From the NCBI GenBank assembly GCA_016866055.1, contig VGNK01000001.1, positions 1 to 46,024 of the forward strand: a stretch of DNA of 46,024 bases, in the 5' to 3' direction. This DNA comes from Chloroflexota bacterium (GTDB lineage: Bacteria > Chloroflexota > Dehalococcoidia > UBA2979). The position numbers and the translations under genes are program-made. Below, in pieces: positions 16,757 to 26,238 of the stretch; positions within the stretch are counted from its first letter, which is position 1; every line of letters begins with the position of its first letter. The notes under the pieces were generated by a model. That model worked only from the letters and a program-made list of their open reading frames with translations, made no database searches and was not told the origin of the DNA.

Positions 16757-17707
16757 TTACCACCACAGCACGTCGTCGATCGGGTCCTCCGGGTCGTACG
16801 CCGCCTCCGGGTCCGCCGCCTCCCAGATCTCCGTGCTCAGGTACTTCGCGCCGCCGTCCGCGAAGATCAGCACGACGTTGCCGCTGCCGAGCCGTGACGC
16901 CACGCGCATCGCCGCGTGCATCACGGCGCCGCTGCTGATCCCGACGAACAGCCCCTCGCTTCCGAGCACGCGCCGCGCGTGGCTCACCGCGTGCCGGTTG
17001 CCGACGAGCAGCTTGCCGTCGAGCAGCGACTCGTCGAGCAGCGGCGGGATGAACCCCTCCTCGAGCGACGTCAGCCCCTGGAGGTGCACCCCGAGCCGCG
17101 GCTCCACGCCGACCACCCGGCAGTGCGGGTTCGCCTCCTTCAGCCGGCGGCCCACGCCCGTGATCGTCCCGCCGGTGCCGATCCCCGCGACGAACGCGTC
17201 GACGCGCGGCAGCGCCTCGAGGATCTCGTGCGCCGTCGTCTCGTAGTGCGTGCGCACGTTCTCCTCGTTGCCGAACTGGTCGAGGAAGAACGCCCCCTCC
17301 TCGCGCGCCACGCGCGCCGCGACCTCGAGCGCGGACTTGATCCCGGCCTGCCGCGGCACCCACCGCACCGTCGCATGGTGCGCGCGCAGCAGCCGCCCGA
17401 TCTCGGGGTAGACGCTCTCCGGCACGCAGATCTCCACCGGGTGGCCGAGCCGCCGCCCGAGCATCGCCACCGCGAGCCCGGTGTTCCCCGTCGACGCCTC
17501 CACGATCGCCTGGCCCGGCGCGAGCGCCCCGAGCTCCCGCGCGCGCTGCAGCATCCGCAGCACGATGCGGTCCTTCACGCTGCCCGTCGGGTTCTGCCCC
17601 TCGAGTTTCGCGAAGAACCGCACCCCGTACTCGGGCGCGACCTGCGCGAGCTCGACGAGCGGCGTGCCGCCCACCAGCGCCGCGATCGCGTCCGTGATCT
17701 CGGTCAT
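16757..17707 (-). CDS. cysteine synthase-family PLP enzyme (CysK/CysM-like)
   Basis: ATG at 17707 chosen within the 509-aa track ORF. 'GGTPLVEL', 'KLEGQNPTGSVKDR' (PLP Lys), 'STGNTG', 'GIGTGGTITG'. 316 aa. Confidence 0.85.
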   Translation of the reverse strand: MTEITDAIAALVGGTPLVELAQVAPEYGVRFFAKLEGQNPTGSVKDRIVLRMLQRARELGALAPGQAIVEASTGNTGLAVAMLGRRLGHPVEICVPESVYPEIGRLLRAHHATVRWVPRQAGIKSALEVAARVAREEGAFFLDQFGNEENVRTHYETTAHEILEALPRVDAFVAGIGTGGTITGVGRRLKEANPHCRVVGVEPRLGVHLQGLTSLEEGFIPPLLDESLLDGKLLVGNRHAVSHARRVLGSEGLFVGISSGAVMHAAMRVASRLGSGNVVLIFADGGAKYLSTEIWEAADPEAAYDPEDPIDDVLWW

Positions 17708-17798
17708 CGTACCCACAGTGTCCGGCGCCGCGGCCGCGCGCGCCACGCGCGGGAGCGCCCGCGCCGTCGATCGGGGAGAATCCGGGCCTGGAGGCGCG

Positions 17799-19058
17799 AT
17801 GGATCGAACGACTTCGGTGCGCCGTCGCGGTGTGAGCCCGCCGGGCGCGGCGGCGCGCGTCTTCGCCCCGCTCGCTGACTCGCCCGGCTTCCGTGCGCTG
17901 TGGGGGAGCAGCCTCCTCTTCTTCAGCGGCTTCTGGGGCCAGAGCGTCGTGCTCGCGTGGCTCGCGTTCGAGCTCACCGCCTCGCCGTTCGCGGTCGCCG
18001 CCTTCACCGCGGTGAGCTTCGCGCCGCTGCTGCTCGGCCCCTTCGGCGGCGCGCTCTCGGATCGCACCGACCGCGTGCGACTCCTCATCGCGTCGCAGGC
18101 GATCGCGCTCGCCGACGCCGCGGTGATCGCGGTGCTCGCGATGATGGGGCTCGTCGAGTACTGGCACGTAGTGGTGGCGGGCTTCGTGCTCGGCGCGATG
18201 CAGGCGCCGCTGCAGCCCGCGCGCTTCACGCTGCTCATGGATCTTGTGGGCCGCGATGGGCTCTCGAAGGCGAACGCGCTCAGCACGGCGGCGATGATGG
18301 GCGCGCGGATCGTCGCGCCGGCCGCGGCCGGCTGGATGATCGGAGCGCTCGGCGTCTCCGCCGCGCTCTGGTTCTCCGCGGCGTGGTACCTGCCGTCGCT
18401 CTACTGGGCGGCGCGCCTTCGCGAGCTGCCCGGGCGCAGCATGGCCGCGGGCGGGACCGTGCTCGCCGAGATCCTGGACGGGGTGCGCGTCGCCGTGCGG
18501 CGCCGCGAGATCGCGGGCGTGCTGCTCGTGAGCATCGCGGCGAACGCGCTCGCCTGGCCGATCCTGCAGGCCTTCCTCCCGATCTTCGCCGAGGAGGTGC
18601 TGCGCTCCGGCGCGGCCGGGCTGGGGCTGCTCTTCGCGGTCAACGCCTGCGGCTCGCTCGCGGGCGCGCTCGGGATCGCGGCCCTCGGCGACGTGCGAGC
18701 GAAGGGACCGATCTTCCTCGCCGGCACCGCGGCGTTCGGGCTGCTGCTCTGCGCGTTCGCGCTCTCCGGAGGGATGCCGGTCGCGCTGACGCTGATACTG
18801 CTCGCCGGGATCGCGTCCGCGGGCTTCGGCGTCATGCAGAGCACGATCTTGCTGCTGCTCGCGCCCGACGAGGTGCGCGGCCGCGTGATGGGCGTGCTCA
18901 TGCTCTCGATCGGCGTGATGCCGTTCGCGACGCTCGCGCAGGGCGCCGTCGCCAGCGCCGCAGGCGTGATCCCCACGACGATCGTCTCGGGCGCGCTGCT
19001 CGCGGCGTCGGTGGGCGCGGTCGCGCTCGCGATCCCGGGGCTCCGCCGCTCCGGATAG
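17799..19058 (+). CDS. MFS transporter (MFS_3 / EntS-like)
   Basis: ATG with GGAGG SD. 'FRALWGSSLLFFSGFWGQSVVLAWLAFELT', 'GPFGGALSDRTDR', about 12 hydrophobic segments. 419 aa. Divergent from the cysteine-synthase-like gene (91-nt spacer). Confidence 0.8.
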   Translation: MDRTTSVRRRGVSPPGAAARVFAPLADSPGFRALWGSSLLFFSGFWGQSVVLAWLAFELTASPFAVAAFTAVSFAPLLLGPFGGALSDRTDRVRLLIASQAIALADAAVIAVLAMMGLVEYWHVVVAGFVLGAMQAPLQPARFTLLMDLVGRDGLSKANALSTAAMMGARIVAPAAAGWMIGALGVSAALWFSAAWYLPSLYWAARLRELPGRSMAAGGTVLAEILDGVRVAVRRREIAGVLLVSIAANALAWPILQAFLPIFAEEVLRSGAAGLGLLFAVNACGSLAGALGIAALGDVRAKGPIFLAGTAAFGLLLCAFALSGGMPVALTLILLAGIASAGFGVMQSTILLLLAPDEVRGRVMGVLMLSIGVMPFATLAQGAVASAAGVIPTTIVSGALLAASVGAVALAIPGLRRSG

Positions 19059-19101
19059 CGGCCGGGAACGGGGCCGGGGTCCCGCCAGCCGTCACCCGCC
19101 G

Positions 19102-19887
19102 CTAGCCACCCCCGCGCTCGATGCGGCGCGTCAGCATCAACAGCTCGGGGTCGCTCCACGTCGCCTGCTCAGGCACCATCAGCTGCGCGAGCGCGTTCGT
19201 CGCCGCCTTCGTCGCCGCCAGCGACCACGCGTCCATCCCGAGCAGCCGGTCCGCCATCGCGAGCGCGCGCGGCATCAGCTCCGCGTCGGGCACGACGGCG
19301 TTCACGAACCCCCAGCGCTCGGCGTCCTCGGCGGTGAAGCGCTCGCACAGCATCACGAGCTCCTTCGTGCGCGCGGGGCCGAGCTCGCGCATCAGCCGCG
19401 GCAGCGCGTTCCAGGTGAGCGGCAGGTCGAGCTCGACCTCGGGGATCGAGAACCACGCCGAGCGCGCCGCGACGCGCAGGTCCATCGCGCTCACGAGCAC
19501 CACGCCACCGCCGATCGTGAGCCCGTTGATCGCGCCGATCGTCACCTGCGGCAGCCCCTCGATCGCCGCGGCGGTGCGGTTCCCCATCGCGCTCGCTGCG
19601 CGCGCGGCGAGCGCCTCCTCCGCGGTGAGCGGCCCCGCCGCCGCGCGCGCCGCGCGCGCACCCGCGCTCGGCACGCGCGCGCCGAGGTCCGCGCCGGCGG
19701 AGAACGCGCGCCCGGCGCCCGTGACGATCACGACCCGCACCGCGACGTCGGCCGCGAGCTCGCGACAGACCGCCTGCAGCTCCTCGTGCATCGTCGCGTG
19801 GATCGCGTTGAGCTTCTCCGGCCGGTTGAGCGTCACGAGCGCGGCGCCCGGCCGCCCCGCGATCCGCTCGAGCGCGATCGACTCCAT
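19102..19887 (-). CDS. enoyl-CoA hydratase/isomerase
   Basis: ATG 19887 with GGAGGG SD 9 nt upstream. 'ALVTLNRPEKLNA', 'FSAGADLG', 'GAINGLTIGGG'. The remaining 586 codons of the 847-aa track ORF are antisense to the carboxyltransferase gene. Confidence 0.85.
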   Translation of the reverse strand: MESIALERIAGRPGAALVTLNRPEKLNAIHATMHEELQAVCRELAADVAVRVVIVTGAGRAFSAGADLGARVPSAGARAARAAAGPLTAEEALAARAASAMGNRTAAAIEGLPQVTIGAINGLTIGGGVVLVSAMDLRVAARSAWFSIPEVELDLPLTWNALPRLMRELGPARTKELVMLCERFTAEDAERWGFVNAVVPDAELMPRALAMADRLLGMDAWSLAATKAATNALAQLMVPEQATWSDPELLMLTRRIERGGG

Positions 19888-19977
19888 CGCCGGCATCCCT
19901 CCATCGCGCCCAACGCCCGCCGCGCCACGGCCCGCTTCGAGCGGCGCGCAATCGCTGGCTCCGGGCCGTCGCGGCGA

Positions 19978-20009
19978 AGTACGCTCCGACCGGGCACCCG
20001 CAGCGTACT
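19978..20009. promoter_or_regulatory. inverted repeat AGTACGCT-n16-AGCGTACT in a divergent spacer
   Basis: Read directly. Perfect 8-bp arms, comparatively AT-rich. Lies between the divergent hydratase and carboxyltransferase genes. Confidence 0.2.
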
Positions 20010-20094
20010 CGCGACCGCCTCGACCGACCGCTCCGGCCCGGCCGGGGGGCGCGCTCGCGCGAGCCGCGGCAGCCGCGCACGAGGAGGCATCGCG

Positions 20095-21651
20095 ATGTCC
20101 TGGCAACCCGAGATCGAGGAGCTCGCCCACCGGCGGGAACTCGCCCGCCGCATGGGCGGGCCCGAGGGCATCCAGCGGCAGCACGACAACGGCAAGCTCA
20201 CGGTCCGCGAGCGCATCGACCTCTTCGCCGACCCCGGCTCGTTCAGCGAGTTCATGGGCCTCGTCGGCCACGGCGTCTACGAGGGCAACGACCTCGTCTC
20301 GTTCACCCCGAAGGCCTCGGTCGAGGGCTTCGTGAAGGTCGACGGCCGCAAGGTGATCGTGAGCGGCGGCGACTTCACGATCCGCGGCGGCTCCGGCGGC
20401 GGGCGCGACGGTGGGCTCGGGCAGGAGCCGGGCGCGGTGCGCCGCGCGCTCGAGTGGCGCGTCCCCTACGTGCGCCTGCTCGACGCCGCCGGCGGCAGCG
20501 TTCGTCACTTCGACGAGATCGGCCGCACTTACCTCCCCGACGGCAACGGCTGGTCCACGTTCGAGGTCGACCTGCTGCGCGCGGTGCCGGTGGTCTCCGC
20601 GGTGCTCGGCTCCGTTGCCGGCCTCCCCGCGGTGAACGCCTGCCTCGCGCACTTCAACGTGATGGTCGAGGGCACCGCGCAGCTCTTCCCGGGCGGCCCG
20701 CCCGTCGTGAAGGCGGCGCTCGGCTACGAGATCTCGAAGGAGGAGCTCGGCGGCGCGCAGATCCACTGCTACGAGAGCGGCGTCGTCGACAACCTCGCGA
20801 AGAGCGAGGAGGAGGCGTTCGCGATCATCCGCCGCTTCCTCGGCTATCTCCCGGCGAACGTCTGGGAGATGGCGCCGCGCGCGCAGTGCGAAGACGACCC
20901 CGCGCGCCGCGAGGAGTCGCTGCTCTCGATCGTGCCGAGGGACCGCCGCCGCCCATACGGCGCGCACCGGGTGATCGAGGCGGTCGTCGACCGCGGCTCG
21001 TTCTTCGAGATCGCGCCGTTCTACGCGCGCAACCGCGTCACCGGGCTCGCGCGGCTCAACGGCTACCCGGTCGGCGTGATGGCGAACAACCCGGTCCACC
21101 TCGGCGGCACGACCGACGTCGCGGCCGGTGAGAAGGTGATCCGGCTGATGCAGCTGTGCGACACCTTCCACCTCCCGCTGATCTCGTTCGCCGACGAGCC
21201 GGGCTTCATGGTGGGGCTCGAGTCCGAGAAGCGCGGCATCGAGCGTGCCGGCGCGCGCCTCGTGATCGCCTCGTGCGAGAGCCGCATGCCGTGGGCGACG
21301 GTGGTGATGGGGCAGCTCTTCGGGGTCGCCGGCCAGTGCCAGCACCGGCCGACCGGGATGTTCCAGCGTTACGTCTGGCCGTCCGGGCGCTGGGGGTCGA
21401 TGCACATCGAGGGCGGCGTCTCGGCCGCCTACCGGCGCGAGATCGAGAACGCGCCGGATCCCGAGGCGAAGCGCGCGGCGATCGAGGCGCGGCTTCAGGC
21501 GATCGCATCGCCGTTCCGCACGGCGGAGGCGACGGGGCAGGAAGTCATCGACCCGCGCGACACGCGGCCGCTGCTCTGCGAGTTCGTCGCGGACGCGCAA
21601 CCGATCCTGCGTTCGCAGATCGGACCTTCGCCCGTGCCGTACCACCCGTAG
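20095..21651 (+). CDS. carboxyltransferase (acyl-CoA carboxylase beta-subunit family)
   Basis: ATG with GAGGAGG SD. 'GKLTVRERIDLFADPGSF', 'VSGGDFTIRGGS', 'PVGVMANNP', 'LPLISFADEPGFMVG'. 518 aa. Confidence 0.85.
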   Translation: MSWQPEIEELAHRRELARRMGGPEGIQRQHDNGKLTVRERIDLFADPGSFSEFMGLVGHGVYEGNDLVSFTPKASVEGFVKVDGRKVIVSGGDFTIRGGSGGGRDGGLGQEPGAVRRALEWRVPYVRLLDAAGGSVRHFDEIGRTYLPDGNGWSTFEVDLLRAVPVVSAVLGSVAGLPAVNACLAHFNVMVEGTAQLFPGGPPVVKAALGYEISKEELGGAQIHCYESGVVDNLAKSEEEAFAIIRRFLGYLPANVWEMAPRAQCEDDPARREESLLSIVPRDRRRPYGAHRVIEAVVDRGSFFEIAPFYARNRVTGLARLNGYPVGVMANNPVHLGGTTDVAAGEKVIRLMQLCDTFHLPLISFADEPGFMVGLESEKRGIERAGARLVIASCESRMPWATVVMGQLFGVAGQCQHRPTGMFQRYVWPSGRWGSMHIEGGVSAAYRREIENAPDPEAKRAAIEARLQAIASPFRTAEATGQEVIDPRDTRPLLCEFVADAQPILRSQIGPSPVPYHP

Positions 21652-21785
21652 CCGCAGCCGTAGCCGTACCCGTCCGGCCGCGGGTGTACCCTGCTCGCGG
21701 CGCCCGGCCGCGCGCCGCCAGCGGGGGCACCTCCGCCGCCCGCACCCGGCGACGCTCGCGGCGCGGGCGCCGGACAGAGGGCGAG

Positions 21786-23036
21786 ATGACCAACCGGGCG
21801 GGCGCGCAGAGCGACGTCCCCGAGCGCTACACGTTCTCGGCGCGCGGCTCCCCCTGGCGGCTGCACAGCGCCGAGCAGGCGATCGAGCGCTACCTCGAGG
21901 ACGAGGCCGTGCGCGCCGGCGCGCAGCGCGCCTTCGTGATCTGCTCGAAGTCGATCGCCGGGCGCACGAACACCGTCGAGCGCATCCGCGAGGCGCTCGG
22001 CAAGCGCTTCGCCGGCGTCTACGACGGGATCGAGATCGACTCGACGTTCCGCTCGGTGCAGGCTGCGACGCAGGCCGCGCGCGAGGCCGGCGCCGACCTC
22101 CTCGTCTCGGTGGGCGGCGGGAGCGTGATCGTCGCGGTGCGCGCGGTCGACATCTTCCTCTGCGAGCAGGGCGACCCCTTCGAGCTGATGACGCAGTACC
22201 CGGAGGGGAAGCCGGCGTACAGCCCGCGGCTCCTCGCGCCGAAGCTCCCGATCATCAACGTGGTCACGACGCCCACCGGGGCGATGAACCGCGCGGGCAC
22301 CGGGCTCAAGAACGATGACCTCGACCAGCGGATGGAGTACTTCGACCCGAAGACGCGCCCGGTCGCGCTCCTCTGGGACTTCGAGGCGCTCATGGCCTCG
22401 CCGTACGAGCTCATCCGCTCGACGGCGACCACGACCTTCGCCGGCGCGCTCACGAGCGTGGCGACGACCGAACACAACCCGCTCGTCGAGGGCGACCGCG
22501 AGCAGATCTTCCGGCTGGCGAAGCGCGCGTACGAGCGGCTCCCGGAGGCGCCGGACGACGTGGGGCTGCGCGTCGACCTCTGCGCGGCGGCGTTCCTCGG
22601 GAACCGCGCCGACGACGACGGGGCGACGCGGCGGCGCGGGAGCTCCGCGTTCTCCGGGAACTACGCGGTCTCGACGGCGCTGCACGTGCGCTACCCCCAC
22701 GTCTGGCAGGGGGAGTCGACCTCGGTGTTCACGGCGGCGGTGGCGCGGCGTTCGGAGCCGCCGCCGCTCGAGGAGGCGCGTCGCATCGCGGAGGCGCTCG
22801 GGGTGTGGCGCGAGGAGATGGACGCGCGCGCGGCGACGCTCGCGGCGGCCGACGGGATCGAGGCGCTCTACCGACGCGTCGGGATGCCGACACGCGTGCG
22901 CGATCTGAACGTGCCGCGCGAGGACTTCGCGCTGATCGCCCGCGAGACCGTGAAGAACTTCAACTTCAACCCAGGCTCGCGTTCGGCGGACGACCAGGTG
23001 CAGGCGTCGCTCGAGCTGCTCGAAGCCGCCTGGTAG
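21786..23036 (+). CDS. iron-containing alcohol dehydrogenase-family oxidoreductase
   Basis: 'RAFVICSKS', 'ADLLVSVGGGSVIVAVRAV', 'INVVTTPTGAM', C-terminal 'ALHVRYPHVWQGES' block. 416 aa. Confidence 0.7.
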   Translation: MTNRAGAQSDVPERYTFSARGSPWRLHSAEQAIERYLEDEAVRAGAQRAFVICSKSIAGRTNTVERIREALGKRFAGVYDGIEIDSTFRSVQAATQAAREAGADLLVSVGGGSVIVAVRAVDIFLCEQGDPFELMTQYPEGKPAYSPRLLAPKLPIINVVTTPTGAMNRAGTGLKNDDLDQRMEYFDPKTRPVALLWDFEALMASPYELIRSTATTTFAGALTSVATTEHNPLVEGDREQIFRLAKRAYERLPEAPDDVGLRVDLCAAAFLGNRADDDGATRRRGSSAFSGNYAVSTALHVRYPHVWQGESTSVFTAAVARRSEPPPLEEARRIAEALGVWREEMDARAATLAAADGIEALYRRVGMPTRVRDLNVPREDFALIARETVKNFNFNPGSRSADDQVQASLELLEAAW

Positions 23037-23079
23037 CGCGACCGGCGTCCGTCGCGCCGTCCGGCGCGCGCGGCGGGCG

Positions 23080-24417
23080 TCAGGCCCGCCGCGGCCCGGT
23101 CTCGCCGAGCACCCGATCGCCGTGCGAGCGCACCACCCCCGCCGCGTGCAGCGCCGCGATCTCCTCCGCGTTCATCCCCGCCTCCGCGAGCAGCGCGCGC
23201 GTGTCGCGACCGAGCGGCGGAGAGGCGCCCCGCACCGCGGTCGGCGTCTCCGACATCTCGAACAACGGCCCCACCACCCGCTGCGGGCCCGTGACTTCGT
23301 GCACCACGTCGACCATGATCCGCTCCGCTCGCACGAGCGGGTCGTCCCCCATCCACTCGGGGAAGTTCACCGGCGCCGCCGGCACGCCGCCGGCCTCGAA
23401 CGCCGCCATCCACTCCGAGACGGTGCGCTCGCCGATCGTGTCGCTGATCTCGTCGTGCAGCTCGCCGAGCCGGGCCTGGATCGTCGCGGCGGTCGCCGGG
23501 TCGACGGGCGCCTCGGTGGGGTCGTTCTCGATCCCGAGCACGCGGCGCGCAGCGGCGCGCGAGAGCGGCGTCAGCGCGCCCAGCATGATCACGCCGTCGC
23601 GCGCCTGGTAGGCGCCCGAGTAGAGCCGGAGCGTCATCGTCTGCGTGCGGAAGTTCGTGCGCGTCTCGATCATCTCGCGGTAGGTCCCGCCGCGCGCGCG
23701 GATCGCCTCGAGCGCCTCGACCATCGGGTCGCGCATCACCGCGTCCCACACCGGCTCGCGCATCACGTTGGTGTCCTGCACGGCGAGCGCCGAGCGCAGC
23801 AGAGACGCGTCGATCAGCTGCCCGCGCCCGCTCTCGCGCCGGTGGTAGAGCGCCGCGCAGATCGCGGCCACGGATCCGAGCCCCGTCGTGTAGTCCGCGA
23901 TCGCGGTCGCGCCGACCGGCTGCGGGAGCCCCTCGTCGCTCACCTTCCCCGCGTTCGCCATCAGCCCGGAGTAGGCCTGCATCATCGGGTCGGTCGCCGG
24001 GCGGTCGTGCGACTCCGCGCTCACGCCGAAGCCGGTCATCCGGCAGTAGACGAGGCGCGGGTTGATCGCAGAGAGCGTCTCGTAGTCGATCCCGAGCCGC
24101 GTCGCGACGCCGCCCCGGTAGTTGATCACGACGACGTCGGCGTCGCGCGCGAGGCGCTGGATGAGCGCGCGCCCGCGCTCGTCGTGCAGGTCGACGGCGA
24201 GGCTCCGCTTGCCGCGGTTCAGCGACTGGAAGCGCTTGCCCTCGTCGGGCACCACGGTGCCGGTGTTGCGGTAGGGCTCGCCACCGGTGGGCTCGACCTT
24301 GATCACCTCGGCGCCGAGGTCGGCGAGCACGACGCCGCAGAAGGGGCCGGCGACGACCTGAGAGAACTCGAGCACGCGGATGCCGGCCAGCGGTCCGCGC
24401 CGCGGAGCCTGCGTCAT
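23080..24417 (-). CDS. family III CoA-transferase
   Basis: ATG 24417 with GGGAGG SD (the upstream 56 codons of the track ORF are rejected). 'GIRVLEFSQVVAGPFCGVVLADLGAEVIKVEP', 'TDPMMQAYSG'. 445 aa. Close paralog of 30754..32049. Confidence 0.9.
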   Translation of the reverse strand: MTQAPRRGPLAGIRVLEFSQVVAGPFCGVVLADLGAEVIKVEPTGGEPYRNTGTVVPDEGKRFQSLNRGKRSLAVDLHDERGRALIQRLARDADVVVINYRGGVATRLGIDYETLSAINPRLVYCRMTGFGVSAESHDRPATDPMMQAYSGLMANAGKVSDEGLPQPVGATAIADYTTGLGSVAAICAALYHRRESGRGQLIDASLLRSALAVQDTNVMREPVWDAVMRDPMVEALEAIRARGGTYREMIETRTNFRTQTMTLRLYSGAYQARDGVIMLGALTPLSRAAARRVLGIENDPTEAPVDPATAATIQARLGELHDEISDTIGERTVSEWMAAFEAGGVPAAPVNFPEWMGDDPLVRAERIMVDVVHEVTGPQRVVGPLFEMSETPTAVRGASPPLGRDTRALLAEAGMNAEEIAALHAAGVVRSHGDRVLGETGPRRA

Positions 24418-24526
24418 CTGCGCCTCCCGACCGGGCGGGCACATTGAGCCGCGGGGCGCCCGGCTCAGCCCCGCCGCCTCGTGCCGGGAGCATACCGGCC
24501 GCGCACCACGGCGGCGCTGCCGACCG

Positions 24527-25243
24527 CTACCACCACCGCTCGTAGCGGATCCGCCCGCGCTCGACCCCGAGCGTGAGCAGCGCACGCTCGAGGTCGTCGA
24601 TCATCCCCGGCGGTCCGCAGACGTAGCAGACCGCGTCCCGATCGATCGCGAACGCCCCCAGCCGGTCGCGGTCGATCCGTCCGCGCTCCACGCCCGCGGG
24701 CAGCGGCCCCGACCCGCGGCTCACGAGGAAGCGGCATCGCAGCCGGCCCCCGGACGCCTCCGCGAGCGCCGTCAGCTCCTCCCGAAACAGCAGCTCATCG
24801 GCCACGCCGGCGCTGTGCAGCAGCGTGATCGCGACCTCTGGTGCGGCTTCGCGGGCGTAGCGGACGATGCTCATGAGCGGGGTGATCCCGATGCCCCCGG
24901 CGAGCAGCACGAGCGCCGGCGCCATCCCGGCCTCGAACGTGCACTGCCCCTGGCCGCCGGCGATGAGCACGCGCTCGCCCACCGCCGCACGCTCGTGCAG
25001 GTAGCGCGTCGCGGCGTGCTCCCGCGCGCGCTTCACAGCGATCTCGACGCTGCCCTGCACGAGCGGCGACGAGGTCAGCGAGTAGCCGCCGACGAGGAGC
25101 TCGCCGTCGCGGTCGACGAGGAGATCGAGCCACTGTCCCGCGCGATAGACGAGCGCCTCCGACGGCACGAGCGTGAATACCCGCACCGTCGGCGTCGCCT
25201 CGCGGATGCCGGCGATCGTGGCCGCGACGGGCTCGACGCTCAC
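24527..25243 (-). CDS. FNR-like FAD/NAD(P)-binding oxidoreductase
   Basis: GTG start. 'RAGQWLDL...GGYSLTSSP' (RxYS-type FAD block), 'LLAGGIGITPLMS' (NAD block), 'YVCGPPGM'. 238 aa. Confidence 0.8.
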   Translation of the reverse strand: MSVEPVAATIAGIREATPTVRVFTLVPSEALVYRAGQWLDLLVDRDGELLVGGYSLTSSPLVQGSVEIAVKRAREHAATRYLHERAAVGERVLIAGGQGQCTFEAGMAPALVLLAGGIGITPLMSIVRYAREAAPEVAITLLHSAGVADELLFREELTALAEASGGRLRCRFLVSRGSGPLPAGVERGRIDRDRLGAFAIDRDAVCYVCGPPGMIDDLERALLTLGVERGRIRYERWW

Positions 25244-25280
25244 CAGCGGCTCCGTCCGGGCGCGGCCGGCGCGGGCGCCG

Positions 25281-26096
25281 CTAGTGGCGCGTGAACTCCG
25301 GGCGCACCTCGCGCAGGGTCGGCGCGTTCACGAAGGCCTGCGTGCCGATGTCGTAATCCTTCGAGCTGCGGATGCGGGCGTAGTACAGCCCCTCGAGCTC
25401 GAGCGCATCGAGGTACGTCTGCCCCATCGCGCGGTACATGAAGCGCTTCGTCCAGCGCACCACCGTCGGGCCGCACTCGACCATCCGGTGCGCCAGGGCG
25501 CGGCACTCCGCCATCAGCTGCTCGGGCGGGACGACGCGGTTCACGATGCCGATGCGCTGGGCGGTCTCGGCGTCGATCTGGTCCCCGGTCAGCGCGAGCT
25601 CCATCGCCCAGCCGAACGGCACCGACTGCGGCAGCAGGGTGGACTGCCCGCCGCCGGCCATGTGCCCGAACTTCACCTCCGTGCACGCGAAGCGCGCGTT
25701 CGGCGTGCAGATCCGGATGTCGCAGGCGAGCGCGAGCGCGAAGCCGAACCCGAGCGCGTAGCCGTTGATCGCGGCGATCACCGGCTTGTCGATGTCGAGC
25801 CCCTGCATCGTGGCCAGCCCGATCGTGCTCACCCCCTCGATGGGAGGCCGCCAGTCCGGATCGTCCACCTGGATCTGGGTGCCGATCTCGCGAAGGTCGC
25901 TTCCCGCGCTCCACGCGACGTTGCCGGCGCCCGTGAGGATCGCGACGTCGGCGTCCTCGTCGTACTTGAACGTCATCCAGTGATCGATGAGCTGGCGGCG
26001 CGTGTTCTCGGTGAACGAGTTCCGCTTCTCGGGACGGTTGATCGTGATCGTCGCGATCCGCTCGCTCACTTCGTACCGCACCAGGTCGCTCGGCAT
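25281..26096 (-). CDS. enoyl-CoA hydratase/isomerase
   Basis: 'ATITINRPEKRNSF', 'WSAGSDL', 'AAINGYALGFG'. 271 aa. Confidence 0.9.
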   Translation of the reverse strand: MPSDLVRYEVSERIATITINRPEKRNSFTENTRRQLIDHWMTFKYDEDADVAILTGAGNVAWSAGSDLREIGTQIQVDDPDWRPPIEGVSTIGLATMQGLDIDKPVIAAINGYALGFGFALALACDIRICTPNARFACTEVKFGHMAGGGQSTLLPQSVPFGWAMELALTGDQIDAETAQRIGIVNRVVPPEQLMAECRALAHRMVECGPTVVRWTKRFMYRAMGQTYLDALELEGLYYARIRSSKDYDIGTQAFVNAPTLREVRPEFTRH

Positions 26097-26238
26097 GGAC
26101 GTGCCCTCCGCTCACATCGCACTTCGGCGGGGATCGAGGCGCTGGCCGACAGGGTGGTCCGCGCTCGGTGGCGCGGTACCCTGGCGCCGCTCGGCGCGGC
26201 GCCACCCTATCACGCGGCGGGAGGATCGGCGGTCGACC

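Noticed and set aside
16674-17246. 190-aa ORF beginning 'MGEAEGALRQAQGERG'
   Set aside because: Its start is a translation of the intergenic repeat element, and the rest is antisense to the cysteine-synthase-like gene.
19888-21645. N-terminal 586 codons of the 847-aa minus-strand ORF
   Set aside because: They run antisense in register to the carboxyltransferase gene. Only the last 261 codons (19102-19887), with their own SD and ATG, show crotonase motifs.
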